Shown here: piece by piece, positions 11,906 to 23,105 of the stretch
Numbering within the stretch: position 1 is the first letter of the stretch
Layout: the number at the start of each line of letters is the position of its first letter
Origin: Octopus bimaculoides
Taxonomy: Eukaryota
NCBI RefSeq assembly: GCF_001194135.2
Contig: NC_068988.1
Location: 87,283,663-87,320,283, forward strand
Direction: 5' to 3'
Length of the DNA: 36,621 nt
Position numbers and translations under genes: made by a program
The notes under the pieces: model-generated
Told to the model about the DNA's origin: nothing
Databases searched by the model: none
The model's input: the letters and a program-made list of their open reading frames with translations, nothing else

Positions 11906-12402
11906 CATATGCACACAACAGATTAGATTGTTGGAAAAGAAAAATCCCAACATTGGGCTACAACAAGTAGCCTTAGATGTCAAAAACCCTCCTAAGTATC
12001 CTAACTGTCCCTAATAACGCTGTTTTCTGGAGCTGTACTAATCAGGGTTTTATACCTATTTCTTCTATCCATCCATTCAAATCTTTAGGGATAATTCCCA
12101 ATGCACTTATAACTACTGGGATACATTTTACCTGCACTTTCCATAGTCTCTGTAATTCAAACGCTAGGGCCTAGTAATTTGCTATTTTTTCTAAACTTCT
12201 TATATTGATTTTCTCATCATTTGGCACTGTAAAGTCAATTATCTGGCACTTTCTATTCTCTTTATCTATTACTACTAAATCAGGTCTTCTAGCTTCTATT
12301 ATTTTGTCAATCTGAATGTTAAAGTCCCATAACATTTTATATTTCTTACTTTCTAGTACTTTACTAGGTTCATGTTCATACCATTTATCAGTATGTTTAA
12401 AT
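11906..12402 (-). mobile_element. 5'-truncated R4/Dong-type RLE retrotransposon (third family)
   Basis: Minus-strand WYEHEP, MLWDFNIQ, ARRPDLVV, IIDFTVP, IPVVISALG, LQKTALLGTVRILRRV. Confidence 0.85.
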
Positions 12403-12437
12403 CCTATTATTATTATAGTTTTTATTATTTATTATTA

Positions 12438-13271
12438 CGTCCTCGGGGAGACCCTAGGCATCGACGAAGAGGAACTGAGCAAGTCTATTCCAGAGGACTT
12501 TCCAGTTGGAGACTGTTATGAATAATTTCCAGATGCCCTTGGCTTGGCAGTGTTACCAGGAAGTGCTACTGGTTCGAGATAAACTCTACAGGCATGGATG
12601 TGCTGTCAGACAGGCTTGTCCGAGGTGCTTGCAGAACAACAAAACCATTCTGCATTGCACTTGTTTAGTGTCCAGGCATTGCTGACTTGTGAAGTTATGT
12701 CAAACAGCTGCTGTCAGATCCGTCTGTCAGCCATGTCCATAATGGTGATTGTCTCACCACCCTCTTTTAATCGGGCTGGCAAGGCAGTTTTCCTTTGTCT
12801 AGTGGCTGTGGTGAAAGAGGTTATCTCATGGACGAGGCTGAATGGAATGAGGACAGAAACATTCCTCTTTGATAAAGCCCTCATCGACTTTTTCAAGTTT
12901 CACTTGAAAATGAAAGTGAGGATGGAGAGGGAGGTGTTGTCCTTGAGTGAATTTATGAAAAGATGAGTGAAAGTTGCGAAAATGGCAAGAGTGGATGGTA
13001 CCACTCTCAGTGTAGACCTATGAGTCGGAAGAAAGGGATTTGGAGAGGGCCCTCGTCCTTAATGTTCAGGGTAATCTTGGCTGGTGGGGTTCCTTGATTA
13101 TCCCTAGAGGTCATCCTGTATCATGGGGATCCCATCACTATCACTTTTTCCCTCTTTTTTTCTAGTGTCATGCATTATGTATACTACCCTTCTTCTAATG
13201 TTTACCGTGTATACATTTTATTTTATCATTCCATTATATGTAAACCCCTATACTTTATGTTTGTCGCTCCA
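12438..13271 (+). mobile_element. Tx1/L1-clade LINE, ORF2 C-terminus (Cys-rich motif) and 3' UTR
   Basis: LLVRDKLYRHG...CPRC...TILH zf-RVT-like motif, FFKFHLKMKVRMEREVLS, stop near 13020, then a pyrimidine-rich UTR. Confidence 0.85.
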
Positions 13272-13590
13272 GAAATTCTCTACAATCATATTATTTAAGA
13301 GTAATTAATCTTTGCATCCATAAGAATTCCTTTGACAATCTTTTGGGCTCATGGGAGGATAGAGTTCTGTTCCAGAAAAGAGTATATTCTTTCAGCTAGT
13401 ATGGATGTGAGGATCTTGTAGGTGGTGTTGAGACATGTTATCGGTTGGTAGTTCTTTGGATTTCTCGTGTCTTCAGTTTTTGGTAGAAGGTATGTTGTTC
13501 CTTTGGTTAGTCAGACATGTACTTGCTCTGGGTTCTGGATGACATCAGTTAGGGATGCAGCAAAATTTTGGTGTACTTCTGTCAAACAGA
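13272..13590 (-). mobile_element. R4/Dong-type reverse transcriptase fragment
   Basis: GTTYLLPK...NPKNYQPITCLNTTYKILTSILAERIY (RT N-terminal domains), next to the (AAT)n array at 13591-13720. Confidence 0.8.
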
Positions 13591-13615
13591 ATTATTATTA
13601 TTATTATAATTATTA

Positions 13616-13683
<68 letters not shown>

Positions 13684-14003
13684 GTTGCTATTATTATTGT
13701 TATTATTATTATTATTATTAATGCTTGTTTATTTATATTTTAGGTTGGAAATATTTCATGAGATGATGTGTATCATCAGGATCAATGAATTATTCTATCA
13801 AAGACAACATAGATGCAACTTAGAGGACAGGAGTACTGCAAAATACCCTCTTGTTATCTATTCAATAGGAGAATCTGATTGATAATAACACAGTATATAC
13901 ATATATGTGTATGCACAAATGTGTATGTGTGCATATGTAATATTTTATAGAATAAACGACACAATTTATTTCAATTCAATCAAGTAAAATCAAAGAAGTG
14001 AAG

Positions 14004-14913
14004 ATGACCGAAGAATTAAACTGGTCAGAAAGGAGTTACACACTGACCGATATTGATTCTAAACTTAAAATCAATTCATGTCTTGTGAAGATTGAAGAAG
14101 GACAGGAATTGGAGTCATTTCTTGACCTGTTTGCAATAAAATGCTTCAAAAATCTCTTCCGTGTTCAAGCATATAGAATGAACAATAATGAAGACCTCAC
14201 TGATACTTCAACATATGGTGAAGGAGTGAGTATACCAATAAATTATACAAAGCATGGTTCCATAATTCCACTCTATGGCGCCTCACATGTTTTCAAAACT
14301 GTTGAAGAGATGATAATGGCTTTTCCGCGTTTCGTTGAAGTACAGGATAACTTAACGTTTTGTTCGAATAACTGCCTCATTCACTTAAAGCCTGGTGATC
14401 ATCTAGAACTATTGAAAGTCGAGAAAACAACGAACTCAAGTGGTAAACAACTGGTATGTCAGAAAACAGATAATAAAGAAAGACTTAACTTAAGTGCAAG
14501 TAGTATTGGCCATTTCAAAACTGTGCCTGATCCAAATACATACAGCATCAAAGATGTATTAAGAATACTTAAGTTGCCACAGGTTATAAATTTCGAAAGC
14601 AACAGTGATGTTGCAGACTTGGAAGGTGCTGAGAGTAACGCTAGTGATACTGAGTTTTCGGGTTCATATTTACTCGTTGGGTTACAGAAATCCAGAGCTG
14701 TTGTGATTAACTGCCTTTCTGAAGAGAATGATAATGACGCTAGTTATCTTTTACCACTTGATTCTGATTTATTTGAACATCTGAAATACCATTTTGCCTT
14801 TAGGAATGATTTCAAATCTATAAAAATATGTAAATCCAAGAGTGGCAATGAAACATTAGACCAGGAATCTCTTGAGATGGTAAAAAAATACACTCAAAAT
14901 AGTATAGAATCAG
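14004..14913 (+). CDS. First coding exon of a CABIT-domain protein (GAREM/THEMIS-like); gene continues beyond this exon
   Basis: Non-repetitive stop-free frame. Acceptor tattttatag| ends at 13950, in-frame TAA at 13953, ATG at 14004 with A at -3, donor CAG|GTAAGT after 14913 (phase 1). Motifs follow the GAREM CABIT order as I recall it: WS..YTL, IP..Y, F.TVEE...AFP..V.V, L..GD.L.LL, LVC...E.L.L....G.F, YSI..V.....LP..I. Orthology not established. Confidence 0.88.
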
Positions 14914-15049
14914 GTAAGTTTCCACATTTTTCTCGTTATGTAAAATTTTATCTCTAATGTGTCTCTCTTCTCTCTTCTATGTGATGTGTATTAATTAGCT
15001 AATAAATTAATGTTAATGATTTCTAAGCTTTGTACAAAGCTGGAGATCC

Positions 15050-15241
15050 CTAACCCTCCAGCATTCAAATTGCTCTGTCAAATGTAATGCTTATTTATTC
15101 ACGTTGTTTTGAATTAATTCTGCATTGTCTTGTAACTTCAAGATTTCAATGATGCGATCGTTTATTTTTAAATGACATTGCAGAGTAGCCATGAGAAGCC
15201 TGATCTGGCCAGGTAGAATATTTGGTTTGGATAAAGGGTAA
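15050..15241. mobile_element. piggyBac-like MITE, family 2 (decayed)
   Basis: Left end ctaaCCCTccagcatt and right end taaAGGGtaa; degenerate TTAA-CCCT / AGGG-TTAA ends. Confidence 0.5.
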
Positions 15242-15783
15242 AGACACCCTTCGGTCATGAATGACCATGGGATTGCACCTAGAAAGTTCCCCTCCAAGGC
15301 AAAAGTCCAGGCAAAGTTGTTTAACCCTTTCATTACTGTATTTATTTTGAGATGCTCTGTGTTTCTTTCAATTACTTTAAATAAAACAAAGAATTTAGTA
15401 AAATAACTTAGTTATCATTAAGTTAATGTTAGGAACATAAATTGTGACTAAAGTTTGGTGAAAGATTTTAATTCAAAACTTATGAAAACAAGACATTTGT
15501 ACTACAGAGTCAGAGCCGGTTTCAGCCGGGTTGGTAACGAAAGGGTTAAGGAAGACCAGCAATTGCCTATGTATACCAGCCTCCCCTCTCCACGCCATCA
15601 ATGTTATCCAAGGGAAAGAGAAAGACCAATACAGCTTGGCACCAGTGGTGTCACAACTCATTTCTACAGCTGAGTGAACTGGAGCAACATGAAATAAAGT
15701 GTCTTGCTCAAGAACACAACACACAGCCTGGTCCAGGAATTGAACTCACTGCCTCGTGATTGTGAGCCCGACAGTCTAACCAT
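15242..15783 (-). mobile_element. tRNA/CORE SINE (head B + tail Z) split by the MITE at 15321-15549
   Basis: Minus strand: B-box gagttcaattcc, then gttcttgagcaagacac and ttcactcagctg as in 26821-26952. The tail continues across the MITE. Confidence 0.75.
15321..15549. mobile_element. piggyBac-like MITE, family 1, with intact TTAA target duplication
   Basis: TTAA-CCCTTTCATTAC ... GTAACGAAAGGG-TTAA (12-bp TIR, one mismatch); non-coding AT-rich interior. Confidence 0.88.
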
Positions 15784-16189
15784 GGTCAATTTAAATGTTA
15801 ATGGGCTAACAAAGATTGGGTTAAGTGTGGGAGTTAGATTTGATGGATGTGCCAGAGCAGTATTGTAGCTGGGGGGGGGGGCCACACCAGGTGGTGTTNN
15901 NNNNNNNNGTAGCTGGGGGGGGGGGCCACACCAGGTGGTGTTTTTATGGCAATGACACTTTCATGTCTGCTGCATAAATCTGTATAGCCCTGGGGACCTA
16001 GGGGAAAGAGCAAATTCTAGAGTTGCTCCAGATGGCACATACTCTAGCTACACCACTCTCCCAGAGTCTAGACATGTCCTTCTGTCATTCCAGTTATTTC
16101 TCTACAACCCTAACCAATCGGTATATGTTTTTCTTCTTTATTTATTAATCGTTTTACATTTTAAATACCTTGACATCATCTTCGTCATT

Positions 16190-16227
<38 letters not shown>

Positions 16228-16826
16228 TCTCGGAGTGGTTGGCGTTAGGAAGGGCATCCAGCTGTAGAAACTTTGCCAGATCAGATTGGAGCCTGGTGCA
16301 GCCTTCTGGCTCACTGGTCCTCAGTTAACCATCCAGCCCATACCAGCATGGAAAGTGGACGTTAAACGACAATGATGATGATGATGATGATAATGGTGAT
16401 CATTATTTTAACGTTTACTTTTCCATGCTTGCATGTTCAGATGAAATGTGTCAAGATTTTCTACAACTGGATGCCTTTCCTGTTGCTAATATCTCACCTG
16501 TTTCAAAGTAAGATAATATTTCCCCATGACCAGACATGTTCTTGCAGAATTGTGGAAATGAACAACACTGCTTGTATGATAGAGACACTCTTTTACAACT
16601 CTCCCATCATGTCAAGACAAGAAAACAGTGCCTAGCACACACACACACACACACACACACACATTTACATATCTTATTAATATTTAGCTGAAGTAACAAA
16701 GGACTGATAAACAAAAGTTTTGTGCTTTGGCACTTACTTAGAGTCATCTGTGGCTTCTACTAATTATTAATAAAAATGCATATATACTCATATTTTGAGT
16801 TCTATTTTTCTGTTTGCATCACCATA

Positions 16827-16890
<64 letters not shown>

Positions 16891-17280
16891 ACATGCTTCT
16901 TTCAGTTTCCATCAACTAAATCAACTTACAAGACTTTGCTTTGATCAGCCTAAGGCTATAGTAGAAGACACTTGCCCAAGGTGCTACAAAGCAGGACTGA
17001 ACCTGAAACCACAAAGTTGGAAAGTAAACTTCTTGCACATCAAAAGCTACAGAAGGCAGAAAGTGAGGTTCTGGGTGGTCTTTCAATCTGCTTGAAATAG
17101 CAGCTAATTACTCTCAAATCATGTGCTTTTTACCTTCTTAAATCAGGAAAGACATATTAGATAGTGTAGGCTCTGATGCATAAAGAGAAGGTCTGCTTAT
17201 GGATAGAGCACCTTTGATAGCAGCTCAGTTTTCATCAGAGCTGGTCAAGAGCTGAACAACAATGCAAATTAACTCTTCAG

Positions 17281-17385
17281 CCCAAAATATAAACAACAGT
17301 ATCAAGGAGGAAAATATTAATGATTGGTCAATCTTTCATAATATTGAGTTTAGTGAAACACCTTGGAATGAATATCTATTGATTT
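17281..17385 (+). CDS. Weak candidate internal exon of the CABIT gene (105 nt, phase 1-1)
   Basis: ctcttcag| acceptor and TTT|GTAAGG donor. Only the phase-1 frame is open (QNINNSIKEENINDWSIFHNIEFSETPWNEYLLI), matching the upstream donor. Weak pyrimidine tract and no recognised homology. Confidence 0.2.
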
Positions 17386-17508
17386 GTAAGGTTTTGTGAA
17401 ATCCGAGTTCAGTGAAACAGCTTGGGGGGTAACTATCTATACGCTAGTTAGGTTTATTGCACCCTTGCTGTCTCAGTTCAACACAACTGTACAAGCAGGT
17501 TAAGAAGG

Positions 17509-18165
17509 ATGCAGCTCTTCTTCTTTTTCTTTTTCCTCCTCCTCTGCCTCTTCCTCCTCCTCCCCTTCTCTTCCTCCCCCCTTCTCCTCCTCTGCCTCTT
17601 GCTCCTCTGCCTTTTGCTCCTCTGCCTCTTGCTCCTCTGCCTCTTGCTCCTCTGCCTCTTGCTCCTCTGCCTCTTGCTCCTCTGCCTCTNNNNNNNNNNN
17701 NNNNNNNNNNNNNNNNNNNNNNNNNNNNNNNNNNNNNNNNNNNNNNNNNNNNNNNNNNNNNNNNNNNNNNNNNNNNNNNNNNNNNNNNNNNNNNNNNNNN
17801 NNNNNNNNNNNNNNNNNNNNNNNNNNNNNNNNNNNNNNNNNNNNNNNNNNNNNNNNNNNNNNNNNNNNNNNNNNNNNNNNNNNNNNNNNNNNNNNNNNNN
17901 NNNNNNNNNNNNNNNNNNNNNNNNNNNNNNNNNNNNNNNNNNNNNNNNNNNNNNNNNNNNNNNNNNNNNNNNNNNNNNNNNNNNNNNNNNNNNNNNNNNN
18001 NNNNNNNNNNNNNNNNNNNNNNNNNNNNNNNNNNNNNNNNNNNNNNNNNNNNNNNNNNNNNNNNGCTCCTCTGCCTCTTGCTCCTCTGCCTCTTGCTCCT
18101 CTGCCTCTTGCTCCTCTGCCTCTTGCTCCTCTGCTTCTTCCTCCTCTACCTCTTCCTCCTCTGAC
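17509..18165. repeat. 15-bp minisatellite (gctcctctgcctctt)n grading into (CCT)n, spanning a gap
   Basis: Tandem units on both sides of the N-run 17690-18064. Confidence 0.95.
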
Positions 18166-18719
18166 CAAAACAACACAAAGCATATTTTGGATGGGCTAGA
18201 CGATCCCCTTCATGTCAAGTCTTTGGTAGGCTCAAAGCTATAGTAAAAAAAAAAGAAGAAACATTTGCCCAAGGTGCTGTGCAGTGAGACTGAACCCAGA
18301 GCTACATAGCTTGTAAAGCAAACTTCTTAACAAATTGCCCACCGAAGATCTTTTACCTTCTAATTTTTACTTGAACTGTGGCCATCCTGGGGTACAACCT
18401 TGAAATGTTTAGTTGAACAAATTGGCCCCAGTACTTTTATTTTATCAGCCTGGTTTTTATTCTGTCAGTCTCTTTTTGCCAAACCTCTAGATTACAGGCA
18501 TGTAAACAAATCAACAGTAGCTGTCACGTAGTGGTTAGGACAAACACAGACATAAAGACACATACATAGATATATATATATGTACGTGTGTGTGTGTGTG
18601 CGTGTGTGCGTGTGCGTGCGTGCGTGTGTGTGTGTGTGTGTGTGTATGTGCCAAGTGTATGTGCCAAGTGAGACCATACACCAGGAGTGTAACCAGCCCA
18701 CTTATATGTACCTTTCCTT

Positions 18720-19260
18720 CATTGGACGCTAAACTCTTCTTGCGAAGACCTGTTGAGGTGAGTGAAATCAAATCAAATTCGCAAATTCAATGACTGGCAA
18801 CCAAGCCAGTGGAGCGTTCAGAGCTCCATCCGAGCATGATCGCTGCCAGAGCAGCTGACTGGCTTCCATGCCAGTGGCACGTAAAAAGCACCATTCGAAT
18901 GTGATCGTTACCAGCGTCGCCTTACTGGAACTTGTGCTGGTGGCACTTGAAAAAACATTCAAGCAAGGTTGTTGCCAATGCTACTGGACTGGCTCCCGTG
19001 CAGGTGGCATGTAAAAAACACCACTTGAGTGTGGCCGTTTTCACTACCGCCTGACTGGCCCTCGTGTCAGTGGCACGTAAAAGCACCCACTACACTTTTG
19101 GAGTGATTGGCATTAGGAAGGGCATCCAGCTGTAGAAACTCTGCCAGATCAGATTGGAGCCTGGTGCAGCCATCTGGTTCGCCAGTCCTCAGTCAAATCG
19201 TCCAACCTATGCTAGACGTTAAACGATGACGATGATAATAATGATGATGATGATGATGAT
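18720..19260 (+). mobile_element. RTE-type LINE 3' UTR with ~65-70 bp tandem units and (GAT)n tail
   Basis: Repeated gccagtggcacgtaaaaagcacc-like units, then the terminal module seen at 9455; similar units occur in the UTR of the RTE at 34738-35783. Confidence 0.75.
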
Positions 19261-19464
19261 ATATATATATATATATATATCTTTTATTATTTATCTTCTT
19301 TCACTCATTTGACTGTGGGCATGCCTAGGCACCACCTTGAAGGGTTTTAGTCAAATAAATTGACCTTAAGACATTTTTTTTCCGTTATGTTAAACTGTTA
19401 ACCCCTAAAGAAATTCTTTTCTCTCTCCATTTTTTTCCATTCTCTCTCCTTTTTTTCCTATCAA

Positions 19465-19592
19465 TCCTTTCTATCAAAGAGGGTGGGCTCAAAATGTAAA
19501 AGACATTTCCATTCTTCCTGAGTGTTAAACTAATACACCTGCTTGTTGTTCCTACACCTGTCTTTGTCTTTTGTTTTCTGTAAATTTAAACT
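19465..19592 (+). mobile_element. Short Penelope-like repeat with a decayed minimal hammerhead, followed by (TA)n
   Basis: Collinear with 29431-29560; cgaaacg has become caaaatg, consistent with CpG decay. Confidence 0.6.
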
Positions 19593-19691
19593 ATATATAT
19601 ATATGTATATATGTATGTGTGTGTGTGTGTGTGCATACAGTATGTATATGTGGCAAAGAAAATTTATCATTATTCTCATTATTAGACAGTG

Positions 19692-20292
19692 ATCTGGCAG
19701 ACTCGTTAGCACGCTGGGTGAAATGCTTAGCGGTATTTTGTATGTTTCTACATTCTGAGTTCAAATTCCACCGGGGTCGACTTTTTCTTTCATCGTTTTG
19801 GGGACGATTAAATAAGTATNNNNNNNNNNNNNNNNNNNNNNNNNNNNNNNNNNNNNNNNNNNNNNNNNNNNNNNNNNNNNNNNNNNNNNNNNNNNNNNNN
19901 NNNNNNNNNNNNNNNNNNNNNNNNNNNNNNNNNNNNNNNNNNNNNNNATGTTTCTACATTCTGAGTTCAAATTCCACCGGGGTCGACTTTTTCTTTCATC
20001 GTTTTGGGGACGATTAAATAAGTATCAGTTACATGCTGGGGTCGATATAATCGGCTTAATCTGTTTGTCTGTCTTTGTTTGTCCCCTCTGTGTATAGCCC
20101 CTTGTGGTCAGTAAAGAAATAGGTATTTCGTCTGTTTCTACATTCTGTGTTCAAATTCCACCGGGGTCGATTTTTTCTTTCATCCTTTTGGGGACGATTA
20201 AATAAGTACCAGTTACGCGTTGGGAACGATGTAATCGACTTAATCCCTTCCCCCAAATTTGAGGCTTTGTGCTTCCAGTAGAAAGGATTATC
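19692..20292 (+). mobile_element. Family D tRNA SINE as a tandem multimer (three body units)
   Basis: One head, then the unit gtttctacattctgagttcaaattccaccggggtcga...gacgattaaataagta at ~19744, ~19950 and ~20134. Another copy at 20305-20545. Confidence 0.8.
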
Positions 20293-21184
20293 ATTATCAT
20301 TATTCAGGTGAGCTGGTAGTATCGTTAGCTGGTTGTATCGTTAGCATGCTGGATGAAATGCTTAGCAGTATTTAACCCATCACTGCTGTCTGAATTCAAA
20401 TTCAGCCAAGGTTGACTTTGCCTTTCATCCTTTTGGGGGGGGGGGTCAGTAAATTAAGAACCTTTGAAACACTGGGGTTGATGTAATCGACTAATCCCCT
20501 CCCTACAAATTTCAGACCTTGTGCCTTTAGTAGAAAGGACTAAAATCCTCCTCCTCCTCCACCTCCCCTCCTCTCCCTCCTCCTCGTCGTCGGCGGCAGC
20601 GGCGTTGTCGTCATCGTCGTCATCATCATCATCATCACAATCACCACCACCACCATCACCGTCCGCATCATTATCATCATCATCATCATCATCATCATTA
20701 ATTTTATACACTCTGTAAAGAATATCTTATGCCTACTGGATCATACTTTTGATTATATATATATATATATATATCTGTGTGTGTGTATACAGGCATGGCT
20801 GTGTGGTAAGAAGTTCTGGGTTCAGGTGCAGTCCCATTGCATGGCACCTTGGGCAAATGTTTTGTGAAACAAGGCATCCCCTCTGACACCCCTATTACTG
20901 ATAGCTTAGTGAACCAAAATTAATCTGAGTAAAATGTGTCATGATGGATATGAACAATTTTAGTTGAAGAAATAGAGCAAAAGAATTATATCCTGCAATC
21001 AACAGACACATTTGTCCAGTCCCATGCAAAAAAATCATCATTGTCCCCTAAAATCCATACCTGGGCTCAAATTACTCAGGCATCCATCGTAAATAGATGG
21101 AACATTTTATTCTTTAATCTTCTTTCATTTTTATTTCCAATTCTTTCCTTTAAATACTCATATGTTGAAATTGACAAGAGTGAC

Positions 21185-21209
21185 CATCTAATATATCTAT
21201 GTAACTCTA

Positions 21210-21255
<46 letters not shown>

Positions 21256-21301
21256 ATTCTATCTGTCTGTCTATCTGTCTATCTGTCTATCTATCTATCT
21301 G

Positions 21302-21360
<59 letters not shown>

Positions 21361-21363
21361 GTT

Positions 21364-21396
<33 letters not shown>

Positions 21397-21409
21397 NNNN
21401 NNNNNNCTG

Positions 21410-21440
<31 letters not shown>

Positions 21441-21535
21441 ATCTATACATCTATATCTATCTATATATATATATATGCAGATATATGTCTATGTATAGAT
21501 TATATGTGTGTGTGTGTATGTATGTTTGTATGTTA

Positions 21536-21584
<49 letters not shown>

Positions 21585-21660
21585 TTGTATGTTATGCATG
21601 TGTGTATGTGCATATATGTATGTATGTTATGTGTGTGTGTGTATATATATGTATGTATAT
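21185..21660. repeat. Compound (TATC/TGTC)n and (TG/TA)n microsatellite
   Basis: Read directly; a similar array lies at 36123-36590. Confidence 0.95.
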
Positions 21661-21689
21661 AACTATCATGTCTGTTTCAATTGACCAAG

Positions 21690-21761
21690 GTGCTAAAGAT
21701 ATATATCAGATGACAGCTTTTGAAAATAATTACAACTACTATTCAACGTATTATACACGAG
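21690..21761 (+). CDS. Candidate small internal exon of the CABIT gene (72 nt, phase 1-1, Tyr-rich)
   Basis: Strong donor CGAG|GTAAGC after 21761; acceptor ttgaccaag| (alternative AG ending 21698, same phase). Open in phase 1: AKDIYQMTAFENNYNYYSTYYTR. Confidence 0.33.
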
Positions 21762-23020
21762 GTAAGCAACTACACCATGCACTTACTGCACCATGCACTT
21801 ACTGCAGTTGCATCTATTTTGCAGTGAGTTTTACCCACCACACACATACACACTTACACACCACTCACAAGCATAGTTCACCTCTTATGCACAAAAACAC
21901 TGCTGCACTTTCAACCTGTGCACTGAAGTTATATTTATGTTTATCTACAGCTTTTAGCAGTGGAGGTCATGTATAGAGTGTCCTGAAATAACTGCATGTA
22001 ATCTCCTGCACCTACTACTGCACTTGAAGTGAAATATCATGTTTGTATTAAAGAGAGAGAGAGGGGCTGAGAGTATATGCACAGCTTAAGATTAAATTAC
22101 AGTCATGTGTTGCAATGTGTTACTGACACAGCACAACTGCATCATGAGTAGATGTTCTTTTATATATGCAACAGCAGGAGAGGCTGTGTGGTAAGTAGCT
22201 CGCTTACCAACCACATGGTTCTGGGTTCAGTCCCACTGCGTGGCACCCAGGGCAAGTGTCTTCTACTATNNNNNNNNNNNNNNNNNNNNNNNNNNNNNNG
22301 GATGGTACAATGAAATAAAGTATTGAATGTCTTATTGAATATATGGAATATGTCTTATTGAATAGATGAAATATTGAGTGTTCAATATAAAGGATTAAAT
22401 ATATAAAGGCGAATACGTATTTTCTATACCTTGTGGTATTTCCTCATGGCCGGTATGACAGACTTTAACAGACTTTATATATATATATATATAATATAGA
22501 TTTAATCAAAAGATTAAATGTGGTACTTAAAATGTTTGAGGCACCAGAATTTGGTAGGGTAAAAACCAAAAACAAAATCAAGAGATTTGGTGAATAAGAT
22601 CTGAAGTAAAGCAACAAAAATTCATTAGGTTATAGTAGTACGTACATTTCGTACAAACTTCTTCAAATAAATATATATATATATATATATATATGGATAT
22701 ATGCTTGTATGTCTGTGTTTGTCTCACTCACCATCGCTTGACAACCGATGTTGGTGTGTTTACATTCCCATAACTTAATGGTTTAGCAAAAGAGACTGAT
22801 AGAATAAGTACTAGGCTTACAAAGAATAAGTCCTGGGGTTACTTTGTTCAACTAAAGGCGATGCTCCAGCACAGTTGCAGTCAGATGACTGAAACAAATG
22901 AAAAAAATAAAAGAATTAACGAGTATGTAAAGCATCGTTGTAGTAAGCTGCATTAACGAGTGTTATTGTCGTTAGTCTTTAGTCCCTGATCAGTCCTGAT
23001 TGAGCAGGGTGTTTTTTTAA

Positions 23021-23102
23021 TAATCTTTTTGATACCAACAAACCTGAAACTCCCCTGTTCCTAGGATACAAACTTTCTGTTTTAAAGGGATCTAGATTTA
23101 AA
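23021..23102. mobile_element. piggyBac-like MITE end interrupted by a SINE
   Basis: taatctttttgataccaac...gatacaaactttctgtttt resembles the reverse complement of 27700-27760. Confidence 0.6.
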
Positions 23103-23105
23103 AAG

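Noticed and set aside
11560-11983. Poly-Ile/Asn/Tyr ORFs
   Set aside because: Translations of the AAT/ATT arrays.
13744-13882. Upstream coding exon for the CABIT gene
   Set aside because: An acceptor exists at 13743, but there is no good donor, and the in-frame TAA at 13953 blocks coding continuity; at most a 5' UTR exon.
15865-15942. Identical 34-bp direct repeat
   Set aside because: Straddles a 10-N gap; most likely a contig-overlap artefact.
17457-18243. LAPLP / EEQEA / RGARG repeat ORFs, tempting as a proline-rich adaptor segment
   Set aside because: Several frames on both strands are open because the 15-bp unit lacks stops; no credible splice sites; grades into (CCT)n.
21041-21976. 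311-aa ORF
   Set aside because: Mostly TATC and TG microsatellite; only 21690-21761 has exon-like signals.
21775-22145. Metal-response elements in the TGCAC cluster
   Set aside because: None of the nine TGCAC sites completes TGCRCNC.
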